DNA of 64,000 nt, taken from positions 1,056,001-1,120,000 of the forward strand of contig CBDBHB010000008.1 of assembly GCA_965205505.1 (NCBI GenBank), given 5' to 3'. The stretch comes from Acidobacteriota bacterium (GTDB lineage: Bacteria; Acidobacteriota; UBA890; WLXD01). The position numbers were made by a program, and so were the translations under genes. Below, piece after piece: positions 18,774 through 29,484 of this stretch. How positions within the stretch are numbered: position 1 is the first letter of the stretch; each line of letters begins with the position of its first letter. The notes beneath the pieces are model-generated. The model had not been told where the DNA came from. It did not search any database and worked only from the letters and a program-made list of their open reading frames with translations.

Positions 18774-21410
18774 ATGCTGTCGCCGGTCTCTCCAGCTTCG
18801 TGGAACGGCCTCGCCGTGCGCGCGTGCGCGCGTCCACTACTCGTGTGCACGACGCTCGTGCTGACGATCGCCCCACCCTCAGCGGCGGAGCCAACCCCCA
18901 CGGGCAGCGCCCCTACTGACTCCGCGAGCCAGAGCCAGGGCACGCGGGAGCAGGAACGACGAACCGACCGGCCACCGCGCTCGCGCCGCGTCATCCCGGT
19001 GCGCATGGTGAGCGACCGGCCCGGAACGGGCATCCTCGTCAACGTTCAAGCGCCGAGCGAGCTTGCACCGCTGCAGCAGAGGCTGCCGACGCCCCCACCG
19101 CCAGCGCGGCGTGTCATCCCCGTGCGCATGGTGACACCTTCGAGACCTGGTTCCTCGGGCGGTGTGCAGATCGTCGTCGTGCCGGTCGCGCCGCCGGAGC
19201 GGTTCGGAACGGCCAACCCGCCGCCGAGAACGCCTGGTGCCGCCGCTATGACCGAGGTACCGGCAGCAGCGCGCACCATACGAGCCCCCGGCGTTGCACC
19301 CAGCATGGTGGTCGGGCGCGCGCCGGAAGTACCGGTGCTCGACGGGCTGGTGAACGAGGCCATCTGGGACGGCGCCGACGTCGCCAGCGACTTTCTTCAG
19401 CGCGAGCCCAACGAGGGACAGCCAGCATCGGAGCGCACCGAGGTGCGCATTCTCTACGACGACGAGAACGTCTACGTCGGCGTCATCGCCTACGACAGCG
19501 CCCCGAGCTCCATTCTCGCGGCCGAGTTGCGACGCGACGCGCTCGGTGGACGCAGCGGCGGGGGGAGAGGGGGGTCCGACGACACCTTCACCGTCCTGTT
19601 CGACACCTTCCACGACGGCCGCAGCGCCTTTCAGTTCACCGTCAACGCACTGGGCACCCGACACGACGCGCTGATCAGGAACGAGAGCGAGCTCAATAGC
19701 GACTGGGACGAGGCGTGGCAGGCGGCGGCACAGATCACCGCGCGCGGCTGGGAGGCCGAGCTCGTGATCCCGCTATCGATCCTGAGGTTCTCCTCCGGCG
19801 CTGCCGACTGGGGAGTCGACTTCGAACGCCAGATCCGGCGCAAGAACGAACAGGCGATATGGAGCAACTACCGACGCGATTACGAGTTCATCGCCGTCTC
19901 CCAGGCCGGTGACCTGCGCGGATTCGAGGACCTCTCGGTCACGCAGCGCTTCCGCCTCAAGCCGTATTTCCTGGGCGGCGCCACGTCGGTGTTCCAGGAC
20001 CCCGGACGGCAATCCGACGTCACCAATCAGCTCGGCATCGACGTGCTCAAGGTGAAACTGACCTCGAACCTCACGGCCGATCTCACCTACAAGACCGATT
20101 TCGCCCAGGTCGAGCTCGACCAGCAGCGCGTCAACCTGACGCGCTTCTCGCTGTTCTTTCCGGAAAAGCGCGACTTCTTCCTCGAGGGGGCCAACAACTT
20201 CAGCTTCGGCCAGCTTCAGCGCGACCGCTTCGACAGTTCCGACCCGCCCATCATCCGTCTCTTCCACTCGCGCAACATCGGGCTGTCGGATGACGGCGCG
20301 CCGATTCCGATCGACTTCGGCGGTCGGGTGACCGGCAAGGTCGGCGCCAGCAACCTCGGCTTGTTGCATGTGCAGACCGGCGACCCTACGGTCGGCGGCG
20401 GGCACAACTACAGCGCCTTCCGCTGGCGACAGGACATACTAGCCCGTTCCAACGTCGGAGCCATAGTGACCAACGTCCAGAGGCCCGACGGCGCCATCAA
20501 CACGGTCGTCGGAGCCGACGCCAGCTTCACCTTCTTCGACAACCTCAACATCTCGGCGTTCGGCGCGCGTACCACCGACGACGAGCTCGACGAAGGTAAG
20601 CTCGCCGGCCAGATCAGGGTCTCGTGGCAAAGCGACCTGTGGGGCGCCAGCTTCGACGTCATGCGCATCGACCCCGGCTTCCGAAGCGATCTGGGATTCG
20701 TTCTTCGGGAGGACATCATTCGTCGAGCCTACCGGGGCTCGTGGATCCCTCGACCGAGCGTTCCATGGCTCCGGTCGGTGAACTTCAACGTCGCCGACAC
20801 GACCTTCCACGACACATCCGGCACGTTGATCAGCGCGCGACGGTGGGTGGCGTCGGTCATCAATCTCGAGTCTGGGGACAGCCTCGGTGCCTTCTTCGTC
20901 GATAACTTCGATCGACTGGACCTCCCCTTCCAGATCCATCCAGACGTGATCATCCCGCCCGGGGATTACGACTTCCGCTACGTGTTCCTCTTCCTGTCCA
21001 CGTATGGTGGCCGCCCATTCAGCGCTAGCGTCAGTGCACGCATTGGCGAGCTCTACGACGGCGATGTCGTCACCATCGAGCCGCGCGTATCGTTCAGGCT
21101 CAACGAGCGCTTCCGCATCTCGCCGAGCTTCAGCTACAACCGGATCGAGCTGCCCGGGGGGAGCTTCACGACCAACGTGCTCAACGCCAACGCCAACTAC
21201 AGCTTTTCTGACCGGTGGCTCACCGACGCCTTGGTCCAGTACAACAGTCAGTCGGACTCGCTGTCGATCTTCGCACGGCTGCGCTACATCTATCGCGTCG
21301 GCGACGACATCTATCTCGTCTACCGTCAGGCGGGCGACTACGACGGCCTCCGCTTCGGGCGCCACGACCGTTCGGTGACTCTGAAGGTGACACGCTCTTT
21401 CAACTGGTAG
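18774..21410 (+). CDS. CBM9-like plus DUF5916 protein (paralogue of 14943-17249) with a Pro-rich N-terminal extension
   Basis: Same motifs as 14943; RRVIPVRMV occurs twice in the N-terminus. Confidence 0.8.
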   Translation: MLSPVSPASWNGLAVRACARPLLVCTTLVLTIAPPSAAEPTPTGSAPTDSASQSQGTREQERRTDRPPRSRRVIPVRMVSDRPGTGILVNVQAPSELAPLQQRLPTPPPPARRVIPVRMVTPSRPGSSGGVQIVVVPVAPPERFGTANPPPRTPGAAAMTEVPAAARTIRAPGVAPSMVVGRAPEVPVLDGLVNEAIWDGADVASDFLQREPNEGQPASERTEVRILYDDENVYVGVIAYDSAPSSILAAELRRDALGGRSGGGRGGSDDTFTVLFDTFHDGRSAFQFTVNALGTRHDALIRNESELNSDWDEAWQAAAQITARGWEAELVIPLSILRFSSGAADWGVDFERQIRRKNEQAIWSNYRRDYEFIAVSQAGDLRGFEDLSVTQRFRLKPYFLGGATSVFQDPGRQSDVTNQLGIDVLKVKLTSNLTADLTYKTDFAQVELDQQRVNLTRFSLFFPEKRDFFLEGANNFSFGQLQRDRFDSSDPPIIRLFHSRNIGLSDDGAPIPIDFGGRVTGKVGASNLGLLHVQTGDPTVGGGHNYSAFRWRQDILARSNVGAIVTNVQRPDGAINTVVGADASFTFFDNLNISAFGARTTDDELDEGKLAGQIRVSWQSDLWGASFDVMRIDPGFRSDLGFVLREDIIRRAYRGSWIPRPSVPWLRSVNFNVADTTFHDTSGTLISARRWVASVINLESGDSLGAFFVDNFDRLDLPFQIHPDVIIPPGDYDFRYVFLFLSTYGGRPFSASVSARIGELYDGDVVTIEPRVSFRLNERFRISPSFSYNRIELPGGSFTTNVLNANANYSFSDRWLTDALVQYNSQSDSLSIFARLRYIYRVGDDIYLVYRQAGDYDGLRFGRHDRSVTLKVTRSFNW

Positions 21411-21571
21411 GTTTCGTCAGCCGGCGCGGAAGCTGGCTCGAAGGGACGCCTACGGCCAGCTAGAGGCAGGCCACGGAAACGAGGCGCGATACGGTAAAGC
21501 AGCGACGGCGTGCGGAGGTCGCTACCAGACAGCCCGCCTGAAACCCATCGAGAGATCCAGGAGGATTTGGA

Positions 21572-22735
21572 ATGGCTTCGCGAGGATCACGGTTTTCCTT
21601 TCGGCACGGCAGCATCGTTCTCACGTCGATCATCACGATTCTGTTGTCGGCAGCCAGTCCCACCCGAGGCCAGTCCCGGATAAGGCGTTATCTCTACGTG
21701 GGGACACCGGACGGGGCTCAGGCGTATATGCAGGCGCCGGACCGCCGATCCGCTCCCGGCATCCTCATCTTCGACATCGACAACGGCCACGAGCTCGTCC
21801 GACGGATCGACATGCCGCGCTTCGCGGAGGGTCTACGCGGCTATTACGGTGGTCTGCGCGGCTTTACCGGCAACCTTTTGACACACAGTGTCTATTACTC
21901 CATCGCCGAGGGCGGCCTGGGGGCGTTCGATCTGGAGACGGAGGAGATCGTCTGGGAGCAGAGCTACCACGACGGGGGTTGCTGCGATCGATCGTCGATC
22001 ACGATGGATGGCAAGAAGATCTATGCTCCCACCGGATGGTGGTATCCAGGGGAAGATAGCGGCCTTGTAGTCGTCGACGCGAAAAACGGCGAGCTGATCA
22101 AACGCATCCCTGTCGGCCCTGAGGCCCACAACAGCATCGTCAGCCTCGATGGCCGGCGCGCGTACCTCGGTACGATAATGATGCTGACGGTCATCGATAC
22201 GAGTACCGACCGCATCATCCGGCAGATCAAGGACGTGGGCGAAGACCGCGTGTTCCCCTTCACCATGGATCGCCAGAATCGCATCGGTTACGTGTGTCTC
22301 GGCGAGCACGTCGGGTTCCACGTAGTCGACTTGGAAACCGGAAAGATCATGCATCGGGTTCTGGCCGGGGACGAACCGATCCCCCATCAATCGCACGGAG
22401 TGGCGCTCACGCCCGATGAAACCGAGCTCTGGGTCAGCGATCAAACGAATCGCAAGTTCTACGTTTTCGACGCCACCAAGATGCCGCCGGAGCCGAAGGA
22501 TCAGGTGGAGGTGTCCGAGGACGGACACGGGTGGTTAACGTTCAGCATCGACGGTCAGTACGCGTGGACCCATACGTCCGATGTCTTTGATGCGAAGACG
22601 AAAAAGCGCGTCGCCACTTTGAAGGATGAAGCAGGCAAGCCGATCGCCAGCTCGAAGTTCCTCGAAGTGCACTTTCGCGACGGCAAAGTCGTAGCGGTAG
22701 GCAACGAGTTCGGTCTGGGACGCAAGAGAGATTGA
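21572..22735 (+). CDS. YncE-like beta-propeller protein, secreted
   Basis: YLYVGTP, HNSIVSLDG, SHGVALTPDETELW, GWLTFSIDG. Confidence 0.7.
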   Translation: MASRGSRFSFRHGSIVLTSIITILLSAASPTRGQSRIRRYLYVGTPDGAQAYMQAPDRRSAPGILIFDIDNGHELVRRIDMPRFAEGLRGYYGGLRGFTGNLLTHSVYYSIAEGGLGAFDLETEEIVWEQSYHDGGCCDRSSITMDGKKIYAPTGWWYPGEDSGLVVVDAKNGELIKRIPVGPEAHNSIVSLDGRRAYLGTIMMLTVIDTSTDRIIRQIKDVGEDRVFPFTMDRQNRIGYVCLGEHVGFHVVDLETGKIMHRVLAGDEPIPHQSHGVALTPDETELWVSDQTNRKFYVFDATKMPPEPKDQVEVSEDGHGWLTFSIDGQYAWTHTSDVFDAKTKKRVATLKDEAGKPIASSKFLEVHFRDGKVVAVGNEFGLGRKRD

Positions 22736-22765
22736 CCCACGTTACCGGTATCACATGGACACTAC

Positions 22766-22852
22766 TGTTAGCGCCTATGCAAAACTGCTCCATTGGTGAC
22801 GATCGAAAACTGACTGTGAGACTCAGGCCTAGCCGCGAAGGGTCCGCCCCGG
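22766..22852 (+). mobile_element. IS21-like terminal repeat, copy 1
   Basis: TGTTAGCGCC...AAAACTG...GACGATCGAAAACTGAC; 36 bp identical to the reverse complement of 34746-34781. Confidence 0.65.
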
Positions 22853-22951
22853 CACGGTTCCCCAGGGGCTCATTCCCCGGTCCAGTCCTTCCGTTGTTGC
22901 TCGCCCAACGAGTCGGTAGAGTCGCGGTAGTCCTCCTGGCTGGGAGATCAC

Positions 22952-25010
22952 GTGGAGATAGGCGACAAGCGGGGTCACTACGAGGTGGTGGGCCGCCTAG
23001 GCAAAGGCGGCATGGGAGAGGTGTATCGGGCGCGCAGCTTTTGCTACTTCCGGTGTGCAGCTCTGTTGCTTGCCATCCTGCTGGCCCCGAGCTGCTCGGG
23101 CCTTGACTCAGGCCAGCCGCCGCTCACCGCCGAGGTTCCCCTACACCTTGAGGAACATCTCGACGCCGCCACCATCGCGGGCTCTGAGGTGCCCACAGAC
23201 GCTCCGACCGTATTGGAATGGCGCTTCGACAAACTCCAGGAGGATTGGAAGCCGGTAGTCCCGTGGAACCCGACGATAGATCCAGTCGAGGTCACGCAGC
23301 TCGACGACGCGCTGCGAGTCACACTGACGGACGGCACGAGGGGTCCGAACGGCAGGCCTGGGGGCGGCCTCGTTCTCGAGGCGCCTGATTGGGACTACGA
23401 GGATCTGGCGCACCTCGTGGTGCGTGCTCGCAACTCCGATGATGTCAGGGACTTCTGGATCGGCTTCAATCGACGCGAAGGGGCCGGTACGGATACAGAC
23501 TTCCCCAATCCGTTCGAGCACGGAGGCGATGGGGCCCCTGTTGTAAGTGACGGTACGGTGCAAACCTACCGGCTGCGGCTGGATTACTTCGAGGGGCGTC
23601 CGCCGCCTGAGGAATCGATTCGGCAGATCGCCTTGTGGTTCAATCCCCGCAATCTGGCCAGCATCGATATCCTTTCCATCACGCTGATCCCGAAGGTCGC
23701 CAACTACGCTGAGGCGGGTGCAGCCGCGCGCACGGAAATCCGCAACCGGATCTATCGGCAGGCTCTGTATACGCACAAGCCGGGGCGCGTGGAGTATCGG
23801 GTGAGAGTTCCCGAAGCCGGCCGGCTCGACTTCGCCATGGGGGTTCTGCGCGACGACGTGCCCGTGACTTTTCGGGTCACGGCGATCCCTGATGGTGCCG
23901 GGGATGGTGAACCGACCACGGTGTTCGAGGAGTACTACGCGGACAAGGAGGCGTGGGGCCAACGTTCGGTGGATCTGGCTGACCTTGCTGGCCAGACGGT
24001 GACGCTCGGCCTGGAGGCCGACTCCGAGGATGGAGGGCGGGTCGCTTTGTGGGAGCACCGACCGTGACGGGCGACGGGCAGTCGCCTCTTCCCAACGTCG
24101 TCTTCTACGTCTTCGACGGCGGTGCGGCGGACTACATGAGCGTTTACGGCTACAACCGTCGCACGACCCCGACCCTGGAGCGACTGGCCGAGGAGGGCGT
24201 CGTGTTCGAGCGAGCGTACAGCAATTCTGGCTGGACCCTGCAATCGACGGCCTCGTTCATGACTTCCCTGCAGACGAGTGTGACGGGGGGCTTGACCGGC
24301 GGCAACACCTACCCTGTGCCTGCTGAGGCCGTGACCATGGCCGAGCACATGCACCGGGCCGGCTACCAGACCGCGGTGTTCACGGGGAACCCCAACGCCG
24401 GGACGTTGAGCGATCTCCAGCGTGGGGTCGATCTGTTCCGGGAGGACTGGGAGGACTTCTCATACTTCGGTAGGAGTAATCGCAAGGAGTCCTCGAAGTA
24501 CCTCCATGAGGGGTTCTGGATCTGGCGGGAGGACTATCCCAGCCAGCCGTTCTGGGCCTTCCAGACCACGGACACGCATGGGGACTTTCCGGCGCCGCCA
24601 CCTTTTGGCGGGCTCTTTGTCACAGCGGATGCGTGGGAGAGCTGGAATGAGTCGTTTGAGCGCCTGAGTAAGGTTGGCGGGCCTGGTCGCTATGGCGGGC
24701 GTGATCCCTATTCGCCCGCCTGGGATTCCACGGGGATCAGCCGGACGGCATTCTACTCTGTGGCGAAGGGCCTGTACGACGAAGCAATGGCCCACAACGA
24801 CTATCGGCTCGGGCAGCTCATCGACCGGCTGAAGGCTGAAGGCTGAAGGGGAGTGGGAAAACACGCTGTTGATCATCGGGGGCGATCACAGCATCCGGGC
24901 GGCCGCCGGCGACATGGGCCTCCTGCTCAACGACTCGCTGCCTCCCCCATGGAGCCAGCCGATCCTCCGGCCCACGATCTCTAGGGTGCCCCTCATGTTC
25001 GTATGGGCCG
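22952..25010 (+). pseudogene. Sulfatase-like gene with a kinase N-terminal fragment fused in front; frameshifted (~24050, ~24840) and cut by IS3
   Basis: MEIGDKRGHYEVVGRLGKGGMGEVYRAR; PNVVFY...YGYNRRTTP...LYDEAMAHND...ENTLLIIGGDH; GGCTGAA duplication near 24834-24847. Confidence 0.75.
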
Positions 25011-25044
25011 TGACCTGCCCCAAGTGTTGAGGCCACTTCGTAAC

Positions 25045-25774
25045 TCATAGAATCGGTGCTGGCAAGAGGTTGTTGCAGCTGGCGGAGCGGAGCGTAGCCG
25101 GCTTTAACAACGTCGCTTTCGGTGCAGGCGGCCGATAGCCCAACGAGCTGTGTGGCCGCACCTGGTTGTATTTGCGGCGCCAGGCTTGCACCAAGCTCTG
25201 CGCCTCCTTGAGCGTGTAGAAGATCTCCCCGTTCAGCAGCTCGTCGCGTAGCTTGCCGTTGAAGCTCTCCACATAGCCGTTTTCCCACGGCGAGCCGGGC
25301 TCGATGAACAGCGTCCCCACGCCGAGCCTACCGAGCCAGTCGCGAACCGCCTGGGCAGTGAACTCCGGTCCGTTATCCGACCGGATGTGCTCAGGTATGC
25401 CTCGGTGCACGAACAACCACCCGAGCCGCTCTAGCACGTCCTCACAGTTGAGCTTCCGCGCCACGTCGATCGCCAGGCTTTCTCGCGTGTACTCATCGAC
25501 GATCGTCAGCAGCCTCATAGCTCGACCGTCGTGCCTCCGGTGGTGGACGAAGTCATACGCCCAGACGTGATCTTTGCGCTGTGATCGCAGGCGGATGCAC
25601 GAGCCATCGTTGAGCCATAGTCGGCTCCGTCAGCATCTGCTCTTGTTGCGGCCCTCTTGGCACGTACCTCTGCGTCGTGCGTGGTTGTTTCAGTACCCGA
25701 CACGCCCGCCTCTCCGAGACGCCCAGTCGCCCCCGTACATGCGCCACCGCCTCGCGCCGCCGAGCTGGGCTCAG
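25045..25774 (-). pseudogene. IS3 transposase OrfB (rve) with an internal deletion and frameshift
   Basis: VSERRACRVL jumps to RLWLNDGSC...WAYDF; [39 protein letters not shown]. Confidence 0.85.
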
Positions 25775-26049
25775 AAGTTTCCCTCCGCCACTTCCTTCAG
25801 GATCGACAGGTCGAGCTCTTTTTCCGCCACCAGCTTCTTGAGCCGGACATTCTCCTTCTCCAGCTGCTTGAGCTTCCTGGCCTGGTTGAGCTTCAGTCCC
25901 CCGTATTCCCGTCGCCACCGATAGTAAGTGTGCTCGGTGATCGCTAGCTTGCGGCAGGCATCCTTGACCGTCGCACCTCGAGCCAGCTCCACTTCAGCCT
26001 CCCGGAGCTTCCGGACGATCTGCTCGGCACTGTGCCTCTTCGTCGGCAT
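25771..26049 (-). CDS. IS3 transposase OrfA
   Basis: HSAEQIVRKLREAE...TYYRWRREYGG...LEKENVRLKKLVA. Confidence 0.9.
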   Translation of the reverse strand: MPTKRHSAEQIVRKLREAEVELARGATVKDACRKLAITEHTYYRWRREYGGLKLNQARKLKQLEKENVRLKKLVAEKELDLSILKEVAEGNF

Positions 26050-26128
26050 TCTGACCTCCCCTTTTCGACCCAGATCGTGAGATTACTTCTGGATCCGATT
26101 TGGGGGGTCAGGTCATCACGGACAGGAG

Positions 26129-26512
26129 GTGCTGCGTTCACTGGAAGCCGCCGTGAGAGCCATGAAAGAGGCGACGCTACAGCACCCGGGCACGTCGGCC
26201 AAGGCGACGTTGCCCGCGAAGAAGAAGGCGCCGACCGGGAAGAAGGCACGCAAGAGGCGCCAGCAACCGAACCGGAGACGGAGCTACGAGCTTGCGCTGG
26301 AGTTGCTAAGCGGCAGCAGCGAGTCGATGACGGCACCCGAAATCCAGCGTAGCCTCAGCAAACAGGGCCAGGGGTTCGCCCACCAGGCGATCGTGTACGG
26401 GCTGGAGAAGCTCGTAGATACACATAAGGCCAAGAGGCGCAAGACGAAGGGGCGCGTGAGGTACCGGGCGATCCCTGAGGAGCCGGCGGCGGAGGAATCT
26501 GCAACCCTCTGA
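26129..26512 (+). CDS. Basic wHTH-like protein, probably 5'-truncated by IS3
   Basis: Lys/Arg-rich, then ...MTAPEIQRSL...LEKLV...GRVRY. Confidence 0.4.
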   Translation: MLRSLEAAVRAMKEATLQHPGTSAKATLPAKKKAPTGKKARKRRQQPNRRRSYELALELLSGSSESMTAPEIQRSLSKQGQGFAHQAIVYGLEKLVDTHKAKRRKTKGRVRYRAIPEEPAAEESATL

Positions 26513-26587
26513 AAGCCCGCATAATTTCCCCTGTTAACAGACCAGTTGGCTTCGTGTGGACGGCTCGGGACAAGGAGGGTGTAGGTC

Positions 26588-27667
26588 GTGAGTCTATGGG
26601 AGTTCCGAGAGAAGACCATATTGCCCCTTGAACCGACCGTCTTCGCCGACGAGGGGGTTCTCGAACAGGCGCATCTGCAAAAAGTCCTCGCCAGGAACAT
26701 ATCCGCTATCGATCCGGATCTGCTCGTCATCGCGGAGGAGTACTCCGCCTGGGAAGATAGTCGACGCCGGATCGACATCTTGGCCCTGGACCGGGAAGCG
26801 AATCTGGTTGTCATCGAGCTGAAACGCACGGAAGACGGAGGGCACATGGACCTCCAAGCCATCCGTTATGCGGCAATGGTCTCGACGATGACGTTCGCGA
26901 AGGCGGTTGAAGCGTTCGAGCATTACCTTCGCAGGTCGGGCGTCGATGATGACGCCGAGGTCAAGATGCTCGAGTTCCTCGAATGGGACGAGCCAGTCGA
27001 GGAAGACTTCGCCAACGATGTGTCCATCATACTGGCGTCCGCAGAGTTTTCGCGGGAGATCACAACGGCGGTCCTGTGGCTGAACAGCAAGTACGCGATC
27101 GATATCCGCTGTGTCCGACTGAAGCCATACAAGCTGGATGAGCGCCTCGTGCTGGACATTCAGCAGATTGTCCCGCTCAGAGAGGCGACCGAGTATCAGG
27201 TGCAGCTGCGTGAGAAGGCTGTCGAGCAGCGAACCGCAAGGCAAGGGAGCCGGACGTGCTACGACCTAACGGTGGCGGGCCGCACGTACTCAAAATTGCC
27301 CAAGAACGGGCTCATGCTGCACATCGCGCGAGCCGCGGTGAACTCTGGCGTGCGACCGGAGGAACTCGCGGTGTTCCTCCCCCATCGGGACCGGAGCTGG
27401 GTCTCGGTGGAGGGCGAGTGCTCCAACGAGGAATTCCTCCAAAGGCTGAGCGATGTACGCAGCGTGCGCGGTAGGCCGATCGACCCAAAGCGTTACTTCA
27501 CAGGCCCAGATGAGCTCATCCTCTTTGACGGTCGAACCTACGCATTCACAACCCAGTGGGGAAAGGGCACCGTGGAGGTGGCCAAGCGGGTGGCTGCCAG
27601 CTTTGGAGATCTGGCGATCGAGGTACAGCCGTTCGGCGGGGAAGACCCAGGCGAGGGCCCGCTGTGA
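26588..27667 (+). CDS. NucS/DUF91-like PD-(D/E)xK nuclease with an unknown C-terminal domain
   Basis: EQAHLQ...RRRIDILALDREANLVVIELKRTEDGGHMDLQAIRYAA. Confidence 0.75.
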   Translation: MSLWEFREKTILPLEPTVFADEGVLEQAHLQKVLARNISAIDPDLLVIAEEYSAWEDSRRRIDILALDREANLVVIELKRTEDGGHMDLQAIRYAAMVSTMTFAKAVEAFEHYLRRSGVDDDAEVKMLEFLEWDEPVEEDFANDVSIILASAEFSREITTAVLWLNSKYAIDIRCVRLKPYKLDERLVLDIQQIVPLREATEYQVQLREKAVEQRTARQGSRTCYDLTVAGRTYSKLPKNGLMLHIARAAVNSGVRPEELAVFLPHRDRSWVSVEGECSNEEFLQRLSDVRSVRGRPIDPKRYFTGPDELILFDGRTYAFTTQWGKGTVEVAKRVAASFGDLAIEVQPFGGEDPGEGPL

Positions 27668-27872
27668 TCTGCCGGGCAGGCCCAACACGTCCAGAAGAAT
27701 AGCGGCCCAGAGCGTTGCAGAACTCCTCGTATTGCCGAGGCTCCCAGAAGCATACCTGCATCTGAACGCGGCCCCAGCCTCGACCCTGAAAGATCGTCTC
27801 ATCCTCTCGGTGTTGGGTGCCGCGTCGCGCAGCTCCCGGCCTACGGGCCGGGAGAGGATTGAGGGGTTGTGC

Positions 27873-27900
27873 GCTTCCCCCGCACGCGCGGGGATGGACC
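27873..27900 (+). CRISPR. Solitary type I-E-like CRISPR repeat (no array)
   Basis: GCTTCCCCCGCACGCGCGGGGATGGACC with a CCCCGC/GCGGGG stem. Confidence 0.6.
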
Positions 27901-27919
27901 TGGTGTGTGACCACAGTCC

Positions 27920-28125
27920 CCCTGACCTGCCCCTCGTCAAGCTGTGAGCCCTTGATCTGTTCCGCGGCGGGATATCGCCAAATCGCTTTCAGCGAATCGA
28001 ATCGTTCCAACAGCCCATCGTGGCACTCGCTGGGAATCACGATCGCCCCGACAAAGGAGAGCGCGTTGCGACTGGCCGAGAGGATTCGCAAAACACCTGA
28101 TTCGTCCGGGATACGTGCATCGTAC
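27920..28125 (-). pseudogene. DUF3800-like N-terminal fragment
   Basis: DESG...SFVGAIVIP...QIKGSQLDEGQV. Confidence 0.4.
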
Positions 28126-28534
28126 AAATACTGGAGCACCCGCTCGGGGGGTCGCGCGGGATCAGCTGCGGCCGCCGCGGCCCGCGGGTGAATCTGGCTG
28201 AAGCTCCACCGATGACGCCCTGGTTTGGCCGCCTTGCTTCACAAGGTACTCACTACCGGCGGTGGTGATTTCCAGGCAGCGCTCTTTGTGGATGTACCTG
28301 ATGAGCCCCTGCGTGATGGACATCCCCGGACCAACCCGGCGGGATACTTGCTCGATGAATGCGCGGCTCCCGCACCTTGGCATATCGTAAGTTCAGCCAA
28401 CGCATCGTGTCCCTGTCCTGATCGCGTCTCGTCCTATACCCTTCGCGTCTGCAAAACGTCCGTGGGATCCGTGGGCTTGCTACGACACGCCACGAAGACC
28501 GGCCTGCTTCGCGCGTGGTGCGCTTTTCGCTTGT

Positions 28535-29041
28535 TTATTGATCTTGTTCGGCGGTTCGAGGCATCCGCATCACTGGAGCGACGAATTGGGGCAATTGAGC
28601 TCGGTTCGTGATGCTCGTAAGAAACTCACGCCAGTAGGGCCAAGCATTGAACAGAGCATTCCAGTGTGCGAACTGGTTCGCGTCCTCCGAACTCAACGGA
28701 TCGTCACCCTTGACTTCGTAGAGAACTCGGAAGCCTGCTCCGACGCGATAAGGAGGGTCTTCTTCGTCATCAAACAGAGTCACGAACGATAGGATGCATC
28801 CCAGCAGTGTTGTGTCTTCGGCGACGTTCCATTCCACGTTAACTCCGATCTCCGGGGTGGCTTCGGGTAGGGCTACCTCAGCGATCACGGCGTTATCGCT
28901 ACGATCGAAAAAAGCGCCGAGCAACTCGACGTTGAGAATCTCCACGCGGGCAGCTACGCGCCCCACCGCTTCAGCGTCGTACTCGGGCACTTCGGGCACG
29001 TCTGTGCCGTTCTCAACGGTCTTGTTCGACTGCGCGCTCAT
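28535..29041 (-). CDS. SecB-like chaperone (TAC system)
   Basis: Acidic, 168 aa; YRVGAGFRVLYEV...FAHWNALFNAWPYWREFLTSITNRAQLPQFVAP; ATGA overlap with the antitoxin. Confidence 0.75.
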   Translation of the reverse strand: MSAQSNKTVENGTDVPEVPEYDAEAVGRVAARVEILNVELLGAFFDRSDNAVIAEVALPEATPEIGVNVEWNVAEDTTLLGCILSFVTLFDDEEDPPYRVGAGFRVLYEVKGDDPLSSEDANQFAHWNALFNAWPYWREFLTSITNRAQLPQFVAPVMRMPRTAEQDQ

Positions 29042-29484
29042 GCTGCTCTCGAGATCGGCGTCCCATCGACAACACGAAGGGCGGGTGTGGTCCGCCACCT
29101 CGGCGCTGTCCTTGGCATCTTGAACTCGTGGAATCGATAGCCTGGCCGGGGGCGGAGTCGCGAGAGCCAAGCTGGAGCCGGAGGATCGTTGAGTGCAGGT
29201 GTTCCCGTACGATCCCGCACTGGAACCGGGTCCAGTTCGAACCGCAGACCCATCGCCCAACCCAAGGCGGCCAACGACCGCAGCGTCAGGTTTTCGCTAC
29301 CGCTCAGGATCTGACTGACTCGGCTCTCGGACACATCCAAGCGCTTGGCGAGTTCGCGTTGCGACAATCCGAGGGAGTCGCGTAGCGCGATCAAGGTGTC
29401 GATTGCCTCGTTGACGACGACCTGCTCTTCATAGGCTCGTCGGACCACTGGGTTTGTTAGCGCACTGCTCGGCAGGTTGGTCAA
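29038..29484 (-). CDS. HigA-like Cro/C1 HTH antitoxin with a C-terminal extension
   Basis: LSQRELAKRLDVSESRVSQILSGSENLTLRSLA; tail of roughly 60 aa. Confidence 0.8.
   Translation of the reverse strand: MTNLPSSALTNPVVRRAYEEQVVVNEAIDTLIALRDSLGLSQRELAKRLDVSESRVSQILSGSENLTLRSLAALGWAMGLRFELDPVPVRDRTGTPALNDPPAPAWLSRLRPRPGYRFHEFKMPRTAPRWRTTPALRVVDGTPISRAA

Larger units (their letters stand above)
25011..26115 (-). mobile_element. IS3-family (IS407-like) element, internally deleted
   Basis: Ends TGACCTGCCCC / GGGGTCAGGTCA; orfA and orfB; GGGAAAC slippery site; no target duplication. Confidence 0.85.

Noticed and set aside
24844-24846. Second selenocysteine codon in the sulfatase
   Set aside because: The TGA results from a 7-bp duplication, and the continuation is in another frame.
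27923-27933. TGACCTGCCCC identical to the IS3 end
   Set aside because: Only 11 bp, and it reads as coding sequence (EGQV) of the DUF3800-like fragment; probably chance.
27810-27990. CRISPR array
   Set aside because: Only one repeat; nothing repeat-like at the expected spacing.
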